Source of the DNA: a virus
Taxonomy: Duplodnaviria; Caudoviricetes
Virus record (IMG/VR): IMGVR_UViG_3300020336_000004
Coordinates: 1-64,000 of that record
Reading direction: 5' to 3' (one strand)
Length of the DNA stretch: 64,000 nucleotides
The translations under genes were made by a program, and so were the position numbers. Below, piece by piece: positions 27,166 through 38,996 of the stretch; positions within the stretch are counted from its first letter, which is position 1; each line of letters opens with the position of its first letter. Below the pieces are notes generated by a model, which worked only from the letters and a program-made list of their open reading frames with translations, had not been told where the DNA came from and made no database searches.

Positions 27166-29691
27166 CTATACGTTGAATCTATAATTTGCGAACAATAAAT
27201 ATTGTTCTTGTCCTATACCTGTAGTACTATCTATAATATATCTGTCAATATCAAAGTGAAACTGGCTAAAATTTGCTGTATTATTTTTTATAGCAGTCAT
27301 TACAGTGTCACCTTTTCCTGGTTTGCAATAACATAGCGGTATAGCATTAGTAAATCCTAAAGCAGCAATATTATTTCCTTGAGCAGTACGCATCCACAAA
27401 GGTTGAAAATTACCTTCAGTTGATCCTACTGTTCTTATTTTATCTCTCATATTAGTAATATTAGAAATATACTTTGTATTGTCGTAGTTACTATCTATCG
27501 TAACAGCATTACTATCAGACTTAATTGTATTCTCCTTTGGTACAGGTCTAAATCTCATATTAGGCCCTTTTCCAGGATTGATAGCAATTCCTTTTTTATT
27601 ATCAACAGTTGCTCTTGTGTATACAAATAATCCGTCTGAATATGTAAACTTATAATCCTGCGTTCTTGTACTTACATCAAATGTATTTCCAAGTGTAATA
27701 ACTGCTTCTTTACCTGGTCTTATTCTAACAGGCACATTTGGTTTCTCTGACCAATCGTAATATTGATTTTCAGGATCATGTTTTACACTATCTATAGTTA
27801 TTTTATTTCCTGTTTCTACGCCAAGTTTATTTGCAACTTTACCAATAGTAGATTCTGCAGGATCTATAACATCAATGTAAACTAATTCGTATACTGTGTC
27901 TGTACTACCAGGATTTTTTGCAACTGCTTTTTTAACTTCTCCTAACTTATAAGATTTTCTTTTATGATTTTTTGCTATAGCAGATACATAGTTTTTTGCA
28001 AGTTTAGTTTCAATACCTGCATACACTAACATTTTTATTTCTTTTTGTAATCCAAAATTTGGATCATCTGGACGATAGATATTATCTGGATCAAACATTG
28101 ATACATCGCTCATATAGTTTAAAAATAACTGACGTTTTTCTTTTTTCATCAACGGCTTAACAAATAAATTACTATAGAATTTGTCATCTGGATCAGATAC
28201 TGTAATACTGAATTTTTTTGTTTTAGCACTGTAACCAAATTGGTCTTGTGCTTTTACAACAAATTCATATTTTCTATCTACAGAAGTTGTGTTTGCATCA
28301 AATGTCATTCCTTGGCTGTCAAAGACTGTAAGTCCAATATTTGTTGATGTGCCAAAACTATTAATTTTACCTATAATTTGACCATCATAATTAATTCTTA
28401 ATCCCGGAGGTAATCTTCCACTGTTTAAACTGTAAAGCATTTTTCCGTTTGGTACGTTAGTAGTTGCAGTAACACTTAGAGTAGAAATATAGTTACTACT
28501 AATATCTGAAAGTTTAGTATCTGTCTTCCATGTAATAGTACTATTAACTTCCCCTAATAATTTTACTGTAAATGTTTTATCTGTTATTGCTTCTTCAGGT
28601 TGATCAGGAGTAAATCTACTAGCTCTAACAGTAAATTTATACTCTACTGTAACTGCCGGTTGATAAGGTACCCTGCCTGCAATTTCTCCAGTAGTACTAT
28701 CAAGTGATAACCCGGGTGGTAATGTACTTGGAGTAGTATCAGGATTGGTTGATTGTAAAAGGTATGAAACAACACCTGTAAGTGAATTACTATCGATTGT
28801 ATCTAAGAATAAAGTAACATAATTATTAGCACGTCTGTAACCTAAGTCTGCAGGTGTTAGCCATACAGGAACACGTATGTTAGTGTTATCAGCTTTAAAC
28901 GTATTAGTACCAATCTGTAATACAGTATTATCAGCTTTTAAGAAATCGTCACCAACTACATAAATTCTAAATGTTCGTTTAACAATAGATTCGCCGTCAC
29001 TTACACTTACTTTAAATTGATAATACCTATTAAGTTTTTTTGGTGCTTTGGTAGGAATATTATAATCGTATATAGTTGTATCAAAGAAATAACTATCAAA
29101 CCCGTTGTTTGATCTTATACCAAAATCATATCCTGCGTTTTGTATATCATAAGGACCTGTATCGTAATTACCATCACCGTACAATGAACCTTTTTCAATA
29201 GCAAGTATAGGATCTACTATACCTACAATTTTTCCATCAGTTGTAAGTTGTATACCTGGTGGTAACTCTCCGTCACCAGACGCAATAAAGTATTCTAGTT
29301 TTTGTCCTGCTTTGGTATCAGTGTCTGTTGCACTTAATTGATAATCTACCAATGCACTATCAAGTATAAAAAATGTATTGTTAGGGCCTACTGCAAGTAA
29401 GTCTTCTGGAGTCTGCCAAACAGGATCGTCTGCTCCTTGTACTTCAATACTAAAAGTTCTATCTTTTATAGCACTGTTATATGTTGCTCTTATAACAAAT
29501 TTAAATTCTGTATTTCTTGAGACTTCATAAGGAGTACCTACAATAACATTATTTAATAATCTTAAACCGCTAGGTAAACTACCACTAATTATCGTTGTAG
29601 TAGCATTATTTTCAGTTAAGGGAAGAGCAACACTTGTGGTTACTTGCTCTTGTAGTACTGCTAATTTTGTGCCCGATGATTGATTCCACAT
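27166..29691 (-). CDS. Baseplate wedge-like protein with putative Ig/cadherin repeats
   Basis: Repeated LPPGL/LPSGL motifs, 841 aa, structural-gene context. Confidence 0.65.
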   Translation of the reverse strand: MWNQSSGTKLAVLQEQVTTSVALPLTENNATTTIISGSLPSGLRLLNNVIVGTPYEVSRNTEFKFVIRATYNSAIKDRTFSIEVQGADDPVWQTPEDLLAVGPNNTFFILDSALVDYQLSATDTDTKAGQKLEYFIASGDGELPPGIQLTTDGKIVGIVDPILAIEKGSLYGDGNYDTGPYDIQNAGYDFGIRSNNGFDSYFFDTTIYDYNIPTKAPKKLNRYYQFKVSVSDGESIVKRTFRIYVVGDDFLKADNTVLQIGTNTFKADNTNIRVPVWLTPADLGYRRANNYVTLFLDTIDSNSLTGVVSYLLQSTNPDTTPSTLPPGLSLDSTTGEIAGRVPYQPAVTVEYKFTVRASRFTPDQPEEAITDKTFTVKLLGEVNSTITWKTDTKLSDISSNYISTLSVTATTNVPNGKMLYSLNSGRLPPGLRINYDGQIIGKINSFGTSTNIGLTVFDSQGMTFDANTTSVDRKYEFVVKAQDQFGYSAKTKKFSITVSDPDDKFYSNLFVKPLMKKEKRQLFLNYMSDVSMFDPDNIYRPDDPNFGLQKEIKMLVYAGIETKLAKNYVSAIAKNHKRKSYKLGEVKKAVAKNPGSTDTVYELVYIDVIDPAESTIGKVANKLGVETGNKITIDSVKHDPENQYYDWSEKPNVPVRIRPGKEAVITLGNTFDVSTRTQDYKFTYSDGLFVYTRATVDNKKGIAINPGKGPNMRFRPVPKENTIKSDSNAVTIDSNYDNTKYISNITNMRDKIRTVGSTEGNFQPLWMRTAQGNNIAALGFTNAIPLCYCKPGKGDTVMTAIKNNTANFSQFHFDIDRYIIDSTTGIGQEQYLLFANYRFNV

Positions 29692-29702
29692 AGTGTCCTG
29701 CT

Positions 29703-30407
29703 TTAAGTAAATGTGCCAATATCAGCATTTGCAAGATTTACACCTGCTCCTGATATTGCACCAAAATCTACGTCTGATTCTGCAAGTATAAACTCAATAG
29801 CACTATTATAATTTGGTCTAAGTTGCCCAAAGTCAAACCCTTGAAAGTAAGGACCAATTACGTTTAAGTCATAACCATTTACTAACCCTGTTAGTGCGCC
29901 AACAAAAGTATCAGAATTTACAGTTCCTGCATTTATAATATTTTTATTATTAGCATTTAAGTTTGCACTTAGAGTTGGAGCAGTATCTCGTGATAAAATA
30001 TTTGTTGTATCGAGTGCAATATTTAATGTCTGTCCTGTTACACTTGTTTGAAGACCTTCGCCGCCTGATAGTGTAATTGTTTGTCCGTTTGTTACTGTAA
30101 CTGTACCGCTATCACTTATTACCAATAACTGATTAATAGAATTTGGACCATCTAATGTAAGTGTTTCGCCTGCATCTGTGATTGTTACATTTGTACCACC
30201 AACTAGTTTTTTAAAGTTTAAGTTTGTTCCAACTTTGTCTTTAAATATTCCTGCACCAAGACTACCTACATTGACTCCTGCAACAGATGCTGCATCTTGT
30301 GCTTCTAAATATACAAAGTTGTTATTAACTTTAACAAAGGCTTGACGAAGATCATCACCTGTTCCGTCATTTGCTAAGTTACCTACATTAATCGATTCTA
30401 GTGCCAT
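29703..30407 (-). CDS. Baseplate/tail-fibre connector-like protein (gp9/gp10-type N-terminus)
   Basis: INVGNLANDGTGDDLRQAFVKVNNNF; late motif at 30425-30432. Confidence 0.7.
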   Translation of the reverse strand: MALESINVGNLANDGTGDDLRQAFVKVNNNFVYLEAQDAASVAGVNVGSLGAGIFKDKVGTNLNFKKLVGGTNVTITDAGETLTLDGPNSINQLLVISDSGTVTVTNGQTITLSGGEGLQTSVTGQTLNIALDTTNILSRDTAPTLSANLNANNKNIINAGTVNSDTFVGALTGLVNGYDLNVIGPYFQGFDFGQLRPNYNSAIEFILAESDVDFGAISGAGVNLANADIGTFT

Positions 30408-30440
30408 GTATTGCTCCTATACTATATTTATCGTCACTCA

Positions 30441-31223
30441 TTAAAGAGCAGCAATCCTAACTTTAAATGCGGCAAAGTCTGCACTTGCTGCAACTTCTGT
30501 TTTAAGTGATGCTATACTAATATATCCTGGTATTACGCCATTTACACCATCTACTAACAGTGTTGAATTATCTGCAAACACACTACCTGTTAAATCACCA
30601 TCATATGGTGCACCAGCTACTTGATATCCTGCACTTGCATGGTTACCCCAAGCAAACGCTGCGTTCCAATTAGTTGCTTCAGTTCCTGAAATATTTGCAC
30701 TTGGAATATTGCCTGCAACTCCGTCTACAAGTAAAGTACTATTATCTGCAAATACACTACCAGTAATATCTATACTAGATATATTAATGCTATTGCCATT
30801 TGAAATAGTTAATGTTCCATTTGCAAAACTTAAACTTTGTAATTCTTGAGCTGCTGTGATAAATCCAGCATCATTTGTTAATTGCGAAGTGTTAGTAGCT
30901 ATAGTTGGTTTGTTCACGAGCGAATTATAGTCACCGTCAAAAATAGCAGGTTTATCTGTTAGATTATTCCAACTACCTGAAAATATTGTTGGTCTACTTG
31001 TTAAGTCATTATAATTACCCGAAAACGCAACACTTTGTAATGTATTACCGTTTTGTATTACATTTGCAGCTGATATAGTTCCCGCTGTAATAGTTCCTGT
31101 TGCGGTAACATTAACAACATTAACAATATCATTGCTATCTAAATTAAGTTTATCACCATTAGGTAATTCCTTAAGTTTGTTACTATCATCTGTATCTAAT
31201 ATTAAAGGATATCTAGTTGCCAT
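30441..31223 (-). CDS. Tail-fibre-like structural protein with internal repeats
   Basis: Three FxGxY/WNxLxxK/RP repeats and two GSVFADNSTLLVDGV repeats. Confidence 0.65.
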   Translation of the reverse strand: MATRYPLILDTDDSNKLKELPNGDKLNLDSNDIVNVVNVTATGTITAGTISAANVIQNGNTLQSVAFSGNYNDLTSRPTIFSGSWNNLTDKPAIFDGDYNSLVNKPTIATNTSQLTNDAGFITAAQELQSLSFANGTLTISNGNSINISSIDITGSVFADNSTLLVDGVAGNIPSANISGTEATNWNAAFAWGNHASAGYQVAGAPYDGDLTGSVFADNSTLLVDGVNGVIPGYISIASLKTEVAASADFAAFKVRIAAL

Positions 31224-34200
31224 TATGCTTTTCCTACCGCTATTTCAATTGTACCTTTTTCAGGTCCTGGTTTATCTTGTAGTGCTTTACCAATTACAGT
31301 ACCAACATCTGGTATATTGTTAACAACAGCATACCCTGGTATTGCTGCTGAAATTAGTATATCACCTTTTTTCACTACACCTAATACTTTACACGGAACT
31401 CTACCTGCTAGTGCAACATCTACTGCATCTTGAAGTTCAGAGTTCATTAAGTATGCAGGATTTGTACTTACTACTCCTGCTACTCTTGGATCACCTTTTA
31501 ACTGTGTAGTAGTAACTTCTTCACTACCACCAAATATTAATACAGTGCCTGGTTCATACATCATGTCTGGAATATACTTCTCAGCTAAGTCAGCGTATTG
31601 TGCAGTTGTAGCAACTCCATTAAATGTTGTTGCATACATTGTGTTCCAACGCAATCCACTAGCACCCATGTTCCTTGCATTATTTGTGCTAGGTTCTACA
31701 TTAGAATCAATGCGTGAAGTTATAGTTAATGAGTCAGTGTTTACATTACCTATGTCAACGTTGCCGTTTAATGTTGTTGTACCATTTACAGTAGCGTTTG
31801 ATGTTACAGTAAATGTACCACCAACACCAAGATTACTTCCAACATTAAGATTACTTGCAATACCAACTCCGCCATCTACAATTAATGCTCCTGTAGTTGA
31901 ATTTGAACTTGCTGTAGTAGCATTCAAGTTTACAATACCACTTACATCAAATGTGCCGCCTACTGCTGCACCTGTACTACTTTGATTGTAAACTTCAACA
32001 CCGTCACTGATTAAAACAATTTTACCTGCTCCAGCTTGTGCAAAGCCACTACCGTTACCAATACTAATACCCGTACTATCTGCAGCCGCTGATTCATTAG
32101 CTGATTCAATAAAGTTTGTATACATCCAGTCTGCCGCAACATAACCTTCGTTATTGAAAGTACTTGCCCCTTGGAATACACCTTGTGATAATCCAGTTTC
32201 GCCTACATCTAGATTACCTTTCATATTAACAGTTACGCCATTTTGGCTAGTATTGTTTGTACCTGTTGCTTCTAATATAGTTCCTTGTGCAGGTGTTTTA
32301 AAACTTAAAGTACCTCCACTTTCACTTAAAACAACCTGTGTATTTGTACCACCAATTACAAAAGCTTCAGCTTGTAAATGACCGCTATTGTTTCTTCTTG
32401 CAATAGTATTTGTTGTACTTCCTACACTAACACTTGTAGTACCGTATACTCCATCTGCTACTTGAATAAGTACTTTACCTATTAGTGCTGTACCTGAGGA
32501 TGAACTAGGAATACTACTTGAACCCAATGCACCCGATGAGCTTCCGCTTAATTGGTTAGTACTATTAAATGTTCCTGATACTGAGTGTAATACAATTTTG
32601 TTTTCAGAAAATGTTTGACCTTGTACAACACCATTTGCACCCGATGCTGCTTGTGTAATTGTTTCACCGTCTACAACACTTACTTCTCCTACTAATGTAA
32701 GGACTGTACCTGATTCTTGTATTGCTTCGCTGTTTGTGAAATCATTATCTTGTAAACCAAAACCCTGATCTACCACAGTACTAAAGGCAATGTCACTTAC
32801 ATCTCCAGTACCTGTAGCACTTCTACCAATAACTTTATCAGAGCCAATTTCTTGTATCTCGTTAAATATGATTCCGTGTTCTTTTACTCTTACATAACCA
32901 CTTGATGTTTCAAAATTTTCATCACTAAACTTAGCAAGTCCTAAATCTGCTTGTACTTTTGGTGTACTTCCTGACCAGCCTGTAGTTGCACTGCTTTCAT
33001 CAAACGTATCTGCATTTTGTAAATTTAATTTACTTTGAGATATTGCGGCAGTTGTTGAAACATCAGCATTCAATACACTATTTGCTTCAAGTTGTAAATT
33101 AATCTTAGCACCACTTGCATCACGTGTAACACTTATGTTTACGTCACTTGCATTATCTTCTGGTGCGTTAGCAACTTCATCTACAGGCCCGTCTACAATA
33201 GTTGCTGTAGCAGTACTATTTGTAATTGATTCTGCATTTGCAAATACACCTGCTACAGGTGTATATGTTATAATACTTACACTACCTAATATAGAATCTG
33301 TTACTGCTTCTATATCAACAACAGTACCTGATTTACTTGCAACTGTGATAGTATCGCCAGCAACTATAGTTCCACCCGACGGAGGAGTAACATAAATTCT
33401 TTTCTTTCCTGTAACTACTAAAATATCGCCTGCTGTGGGAGAGTTAAATTCTACGTTTCTTAAATCTTCTATCTCATCAAATGATTGTACTTTGCTATCT
33501 ACATAATTTTTATTTGTAGCCGCACTGCCATCACTTCCTGGTAATGCAACGTTAATAATTTTGTTTGATCCAAGTTGTAAGTCGCCTTCCATTTCGGTAA
33601 TACCATTCAATGCAACTACACCAGTACCAAGTCTGTTACCTGTTGGCGATGCTTGTACTTGGTTACCACTTGCATCTAGTCCTAATCTTCTTGTCAAGTA
33701 AGATGCTACTGCTTTTTCTGTAGGTACTGCTTGTCCTGAATCATCAGCGAAACTATCATCTGAACTAAATTCATTAATAGTAACACCCTTTTTAAATCCT
33801 AAACTGTTTGCATTTGTAATACCAATCTCACCAGCAAAACTAATATCACCAGTTGCTTGGTCGACACTAAAGAACTTACCAACACGGAAGAAACCAAATT
33901 GGTCTGTACTTACAAAGAATACTCTACCTTTTCGTCTTTCCCAAACTTGAGATGACGTAGCTGTTGGTGAATCAGTGTAAAAGTCTGCAATATTATTTTC
34001 AGGATCACCTAAAATAACATTTGGATAGTTTGAATCGTTATATGATCCTGTACCAATTTGTGTAAAGTCATGTCCTGTTGCACGTAGTAATGAAATAGCA
34101 ATCGTAATTTCTGCGGTTGACGCTTTTGGCAATCCTGCAAGTAATGTTCCGCCTGCACTTGTAAATGCTTCGGCTAACCCTGTACCACCATAAGAGCTAA

Positions 34201-37200
34201 TATTTGTACTAGAAACATCTGTGAATGTTATAATAGCATATAGATTAGGTGATACACCTTGACCACCAGTATAACTTGTAACTTGGTGTGTTTTACCTTT
34301 GTGTGTAAATATCATACCGCCGGCGTAACCACCTGCTCCAGGTTGCAATCCTGCAATATCTCTCAATAGTCTAGTCTGACTAGTAGTATCAAGTTCTGCA
34401 ATAGCAAGACTTGTATTACCTTGAGCACTACCGTTGCCGCTGCCTATATTTGCACCTGAAACTATAAGATTAATAAACTCAAAGTTTGTTTCAAATGTTG
34501 CTTGAATTTCGTCTGCTTGTAATGCTATGTTTACATCATTAGTTGCACTAAACCCAATACTTCTGTATGTAGTATCGTCACTTTCGTCAAAGTTAATAGC
34601 AGTACTTGGTCTTGTTACAATACTTGTAGGATTGTTTACTCTTTCAAACTGTTGATTTAAGTTATGTTTAAATTCAATCATACTATTATTAGTAACAGTA
34701 CCTCTCAAAGTACCAAAGAAATTATCTGCAACAATATCGTCAGATCTAAGATCTAACTTATAAATTGCATTACTGTGTACATTACCTGATGCTCCAAATA
34801 TTGATCCAACGTCAAATGTAATTGCAGTACCTGTGCCTCCAATTTGTGATGCTGCTACTGTTACGGTTTGTGCTGCGGCATATCCTTCACCACATGCTGT
34901 TACTGTTACAGCAGGTTGTCCTGTGCCGTCAATAGTAACTTGGAATCGTCCGCCAGTTTGTCCTGAACCAGTTACACTAAACGAACTAACATCGTATGTT
35001 CCTGGTGTTCTAGCCGCGTCTGCTCCACTAATATTAGTTACTGTATTAATACCAGTAACTACTATGTCGCCTGCTTCACCTAACGTACCGTCACCGTCCA
35101 CATCACTTAGGTTTGTAACCTGTGAAATAATATAATCTAAACTTCCTGTAGATCCGCCATGATGGATAGTTAATTTACTATTTCCTGTAGGAGCAACTTT
35201 TGCATCTGTTACTGTAAGTGTGTTTGATTCAAATGCGTTTGTATAAGTTGAATCTGTGTATGCTTTTACAGGTTGAACCATGTCATTCAATAATATAACT
35301 TGATCAGGTACTTCATTAGGATCAGCACCTTCAGCTATCAAACCAAAGTTACCATAACCGTTTGAACCGTTTAGTGATCTAATTTCAGAACCGTTATTTG
35401 CATAGTATGCCGCTTGACAGTAATATGTAAACATACTAACCATCTCAGAAAAAGCACCATTGTTACAAACAAGTCCATATCCTAAATCATTAATTTGTGT
35501 AAAGTCGTTACCAAGTATACTTCTGTTACCAGCTGTTTGTAAGAATACATCTCGTGCTACAGTACCCGGATTAACATCAAACTGGCTTTCGTCATAACCT
35601 GTTCCTGCATTTGATCCTGCATCTAGATAAAGTGTAGCAGTACCTTGTCCACTATCGTAATCTGATATAGCGTTAACTTGATATCTACGTCCGTCAATAT
35701 AAAAAGGACATGGTAATTGAGGTTCTCTAATACGTAAACCTTGACCAACTGGACTTCGTACATTTAGTCTAAAATTATTTGTTTTTGTTTCAATTGAAAT
35801 AGGTAAGTTACCAACAAATGCATCACAGTAAATACCACCAGCAAATATTTTTTTATTTTCACTTTTACTAAAACTCGAACCTGTTTGAATGTAAGGAGAT
35901 TTAGTTAGTACTTGTCCATCTGGATCTAACACTAACATAAATCCACCGTGTCCTTGCACAGTAATATTACGTAGTATAGTTGCATCATTCATCATGAATA
36001 CATCCATCTCGTCGTTACGTAAAGGTGGATTATATTCTACATTAAATGCAAAATTAATAGTGTCAATTAAGTTACCTACAATAGTAACTGTTCCAGATTC
36101 ACCTGCACCGTTTCTTAAGTCTGGCGCAATTGAACCAGAGTATGAAGGAGCAGAGCCTGTAAGTAATGAAGAAGCTAGTGTACTAATATGACTAATGGCT
36201 GCTTCAGTTGCAACTTCTTGCGTACTATCACCTAATGCACCTGAATAATACTCTCCCTGATTTTCTAATGCTTTTTCAATTCCACCTACTGTAAGATCAT
36301 GTGATAGTCCGTCTACAATTATTCCTGTATCTCGTCTACATTTTGTTTCGTTATATACTAGTGTTGAAAAGTTAGTTGTTAGATATTGTATAACTTCTTC
36401 TTTAATAAACTCTTTATTTTCTTGTAAAATAAATGCTGAGTTAGGATAATTACCAACGTTAGTAACTGACGGACCTACGTTAACAGGTCTATCAGGTCTA
36501 AGTGAATAATGATATCCAAAGAAGCCTTGTTCCACACCTGTTTGGTTTATAAATCCTAAACCTTCTGATGCAAGAGTTAGTCCATCAAATGTTTTGTCTC
36601 TGTAAAAATATGTGTTTGCATATTTAGATTGTGAAATTCTATTTTTTGGTCTAATAATTACACGTCTAAATTCGTCCCCTTTAATGGATACGTTTGCTGC
36701 GATTTTAATTGGATAATCTTCATCATAAAAACCTGACTCAAGATGTATTGTTATTTGTTTCTGCTTAACATAGTTTCCGTATGTTATTTCTTCACCTACT
36801 TCAAACTCAATAGGCTCTAACAAGTGTAATTGTATAGTATCGTTGTTACTTTCAGTTCCGTCATTAGTTGTTAAACTTACTACTCTACCTATTGCTCCAG
36901 ACCTTTTACCAACTATAACTTTACCTGGCAAAATATCAACATTATCAGATTTACCTTGGTCAACTGCTGTAAGCCCACCATTATCCATCACAACTTTAAA
37001 TGTGCTTCCATAAACAACATCTGCACCTACATCAATACCATTTTGAATAATATTAGTTAATAAATTAAACTTAGCAACAACTGCTCCTCTTTCTGCAACT
37101 CCTGCATTACCGCCTACAGTATCAAAGTACTGGCTTTCATCTGATTGGTATCTTAAATCAATAGTACCGCCTGACACATAGTTTGTAAATCCACTTGTAT

Positions 37201-38995
37201 CATATGCCGTTGTTAATGCTGAATCAGTAAATATTTCAAAGGTTGTTGGTGTTAATACTTTGACATATTTAATTTGATTATTAATTTCAGTCATACCAGT
37301 TACACTTGCAAACCTAACTTGGTTGCCGTTAACTAGTCCATGATCAGTTGAAGTAGTTACTACAGGTATTGTAGCTTCTGTAATGTCTGTAATATTTTTC
37401 TGTTGTAATCCAGTGTTTTGTAATGCAACCTCAACAAAGTCTCTTAACTTATTAAACGATGCAACTGTTTCAGTAAGCTGTGATGTTATAGCTTTTCTAC
37501 CACTCACACCTGAATAGTATCTTTCTGCTGCTAAACGTGTAAGAAAGTTAGCATTTAATCCTCTATTAATATCTAATGCTATTGCATCAAGTACTTTACC
37601 TAAATCTCGTTTACAAGTTTTAGTATTGTACACATAATTAGGATATGTAAATTTAATAAAAGCAGAAACTTCATCAATAAGATATGTTCTGTTGTTATCT
37701 ATAAGTTTACGTGCTTGTTCGTAAACAGGTGAATTTACTGCTGAAGTAGTTGTAGTAGAATTAGTAGCACCATTGTCTTTAGTAATTGTTTGGAAGTAAG
37801 GACCTGCTTCTACTGGTGCAGTTTTAATTAATTCTTCTGCTCTACGTGCGGCCGCATTTACAGTTCTAAATGCATATGAATAACTTGTACCTTCTTTTCC
37901 TGGAGGTACTCCAGCCATTGTATCGTCACCAGTAGTACTTACAAATAAATTTTCTGGTGAACTATAACTTGTATTATCTACATAAAATTTTGTTGCGGCT
38001 TGTAAATCTTCTTTGTTTGTTGAAAGTCCTGCAAGGTCCCCTGGATGGTCGTGCAATGTTAATGCACCAGTCATTGTATCGCCTTGACGTCTAGTTATTC
38101 CATCTCTCGGAACACCAACGTCTGATAAGTAAAAACCTTCTAAGGTAGAATCATATCCTGCATCAACAAACGAGTGGACGTCATCTGATGCAATACTACC
38201 TGTAATAAAAATTCTACTAGTATCTGCCGCTGTTTGATCGTCTACTATTGCTTGAGCTTTTGTTGCATGTACAGTAAATGTATTATCATTTTTGTATCGT
38301 AAGAAATAAGTAGTTCCGCTGTCAAGGTTTGTTGGCTCTGTATCTTCTGCAATAAATTTGAATGGCAATCCGTTAATAGTAGTATCATAACCATGACCAA
38401 CTACTTCTGGGTTACCACTTACATATCTTGAAATAGTAAGCGTGTATCCGGTAGCATTGGCTGGTTCGCTTTGTAATCTAATAGGTAAGTTAGAGCTAAT
38501 ATATCTTGTGTCAGCATAACCTTTAGAAATAACTAAATCATTGATAGATATGCTAGTACCATGTTGATTGTTAAAGTCTGTAACTGCCGCTTCTGAAACT
38601 GAAACATTACCAATAGCTCTATTCAATGCGTCTAATGGCCCACCCATTTGTGGTTTTGTATCGTCTGCTACTTTTGTAAACGCACTGGATATAATTAGTT
38701 TTCCGCTTTGACTATAACTAAATGTAATAGTATCTGCGGCATTTGAATCTAATGCATTATTACTTGCAAGGGTAACAAGTTGTACATTTCCGCCAGTACT
38801 ATCAACTAACGGTATTGTGTTTGGTGTTAAACTATTTGGTGTGTCACTTAGTGTTGTAAAACTAATTTGACCGCCTTGACCAAATACTGCGTATAGTTCT
38901 GTAAAGTTTTCATTGGTTTTCTTAAACGACTCACGAATACTATCGCCTGTACCGTCATTACCCTCTACACCAATATTAATTCCTTGTCTTGCCAT
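31223..38995 (-). CDS. Giant tail fibre/baseplate protein (2590 aa)
   Basis: gp9/10-like N-terminus (NDGTGDSIRESF), repeated CxRD modules, beta-helix-like core, C-terminal YADLAEKY autoproteolytic-chaperone-type motif. Confidence 0.75.
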   Translation of the reverse strand: MARQGINIGVEGNDGTGDSIRESFKKTNENFTELYAVFGQGGQISFTTLSDTPNSLTPNTIPLVDSTGGNVQLVTLASNNALDSNAADTITFSYSQSGKLIISSAFTKVADDTKPQMGGPLDALNRAIGNVSVSEAAVTDFNNQHGTSISINDLVISKGYADTRYISSNLPIRLQSEPANATGYTLTISRYVSGNPEVVGHGYDTTINGLPFKFIAEDTEPTNLDSGTTYFLRYKNDNTFTVHATKAQAIVDDQTAADTSRIFITGSIASDDVHSFVDAGYDSTLEGFYLSDVGVPRDGITRRQGDTMTGALTLHDHPGDLAGLSTNKEDLQAATKFYVDNTSYSSPENLFVSTTGDDTMAGVPPGKEGTSYSYAFRTVNAAARRAEELIKTAPVEAGPYFQTITKDNGATNSTTTTSAVNSPVYEQARKLIDNNRTYLIDEVSAFIKFTYPNYVYNTKTCKRDLGKVLDAIALDINRGLNANFLTRLAAERYYSGVSGRKAITSQLTETVASFNKLRDFVEVALQNTGLQQKNITDITEATIPVVTTSTDHGLVNGNQVRFASVTGMTEINNQIKYVKVLTPTTFEIFTDSALTTAYDTSGFTNYVSGGTIDLRYQSDESQYFDTVGGNAGVAERGAVVAKFNLLTNIIQNGIDVGADVVYGSTFKVVMDNGGLTAVDQGKSDNVDILPGKVIVGKRSGAIGRVVSLTTNDGTESNNDTIQLHLLEPIEFEVGEEITYGNYVKQKQITIHLESGFYDEDYPIKIAANVSIKGDEFRRVIIRPKNRISQSKYANTYFYRDKTFDGLTLASEGLGFINQTGVEQGFFGYHYSLRPDRPVNVGPSVTNVGNYPNSAFILQENKEFIKEEVIQYLTTNFSTLVYNETKCRRDTGIIVDGLSHDLTVGGIEKALENQGEYYSGALGDSTQEVATEAAISHISTLASSLLTGSAPSYSGSIAPDLRNGAGESGTVTIVGNLIDTINFAFNVEYNPPLRNDEMDVFMMNDATILRNITVQGHGGFMLVLDPDGQVLTKSPYIQTGSSFSKSENKKIFAGGIYCDAFVGNLPISIETKTNNFRLNVRSPVGQGLRIREPQLPCPFYIDGRRYQVNAISDYDSGQGTATLYLDAGSNAGTGYDESQFDVNPGTVARDVFLQTAGNRSILGNDFTQINDLGYGLVCNNGAFSEMVSMFTYYCQAAYYANNGSEIRSLNGSNGYGNFGLIAEGADPNEVPDQVILLNDMVQPVKAYTDSTYTNAFESNTLTVTDAKVAPTGNSKLTIHHGGSTGSLDYIISQVTNLSDVDGDGTLGEAGDIVVTGINTVTNISGADAARTPGTYDVSSFSVTGSGQTGGRFQVTIDGTGQPAVTVTACGEGYAAAQTVTVAASQIGGTGTAITFDVGSIFGASGNVHSNAIYKLDLRSDDIVADNFFGTLRGTVTNNSMIEFKHNLNQQFERVNNPTSIVTRPSTAINFDESDDTTYRSIGFSATNDVNIALQADEIQATFETNFEFINLIVSGANIGSGNGSAQGNTSLAIAELDTTSQTRLLRDIAGLQPGAGGYAGGMIFTHKGKTHQVTSYTGGQGVSPNLYAIITFTDVSSTNISSYGGTGLAEAFTSAGGTLLAGLPKASTAEITIAISLLRATGHDFTQIGTGSYNDSNYPNVILGDPENNIADFYTDSPTATSSQVWERRKGRVFFVSTDQFGFFRVGKFFSVDQATGDISFAGEIGITNANSLGFKKGVTINEFSSDDSFADDSGQAVPTEKAVASYLTRRLGLDASGNQVQASPTGNRLGTGVVALNGITEMEGDLQLGSNKIINVALPGSDGSAATNKNYVDSKVQSFDEIEDLRNVEFNSPTAGDILVVTGKKRIYVTPPSGGTIVAGDTITVASKSGTVVDIEAVTDSILGSVSIITYTPVAGVFANAESITNSTATATIVDGPVDEVANAPEDNASDVNISVTRDASGAKINLQLEANSVLNADVSTTAAISQSKLNLQNADTFDESSATTGWSGSTPKVQADLGLAKFSDENFETSSGYVRVKEHGIIFNEIQEIGSDKVIGRSATGTGDVSDIAFSTVVDQGFGLQDNDFTNSEAIQESGTVLTLVGEVSVVDGETITQAASGANGVVQGQTFSENKIVLHSVSGTFNSTNQLSGSSSGALGSSSIPSSSSGTALIGKVLIQVADGVYGTTSVSVGSTTNTIARRNNSGHLQAEAFVIGGTNTQVVLSESGGTLSFKTPAQGTILEATGTNNTSQNGVTVNMKGNLDVGETGLSQGVFQGASTFNNEGYVAADWMYTNFIESANESAAADSTGISIGNGSGFAQAGAGKIVLISDGVEVYNQSSTGAAVGGTFDVSGIVNLNATTASSNSTTGALIVDGGVGIASNLNVGSNLGVGGTFTVTSNATVNGTTTLNGNVDIGNVNTDSLTITSRIDSNVEPSTNNARNMGASGLRWNTMYATTFNGVATTAQYADLAEKYIPDMMYEPGTVLIFGGSEEVTTTQLKGDPRVAGVVSTNPAYLMNSELQDAVDVALAGRVPCKVLGVVKKGDILISAAIPGYAVVNNIPDVGTVIGKALQDKPGPEKGTIEIAVGKA

Positions 38996-38996
38996 C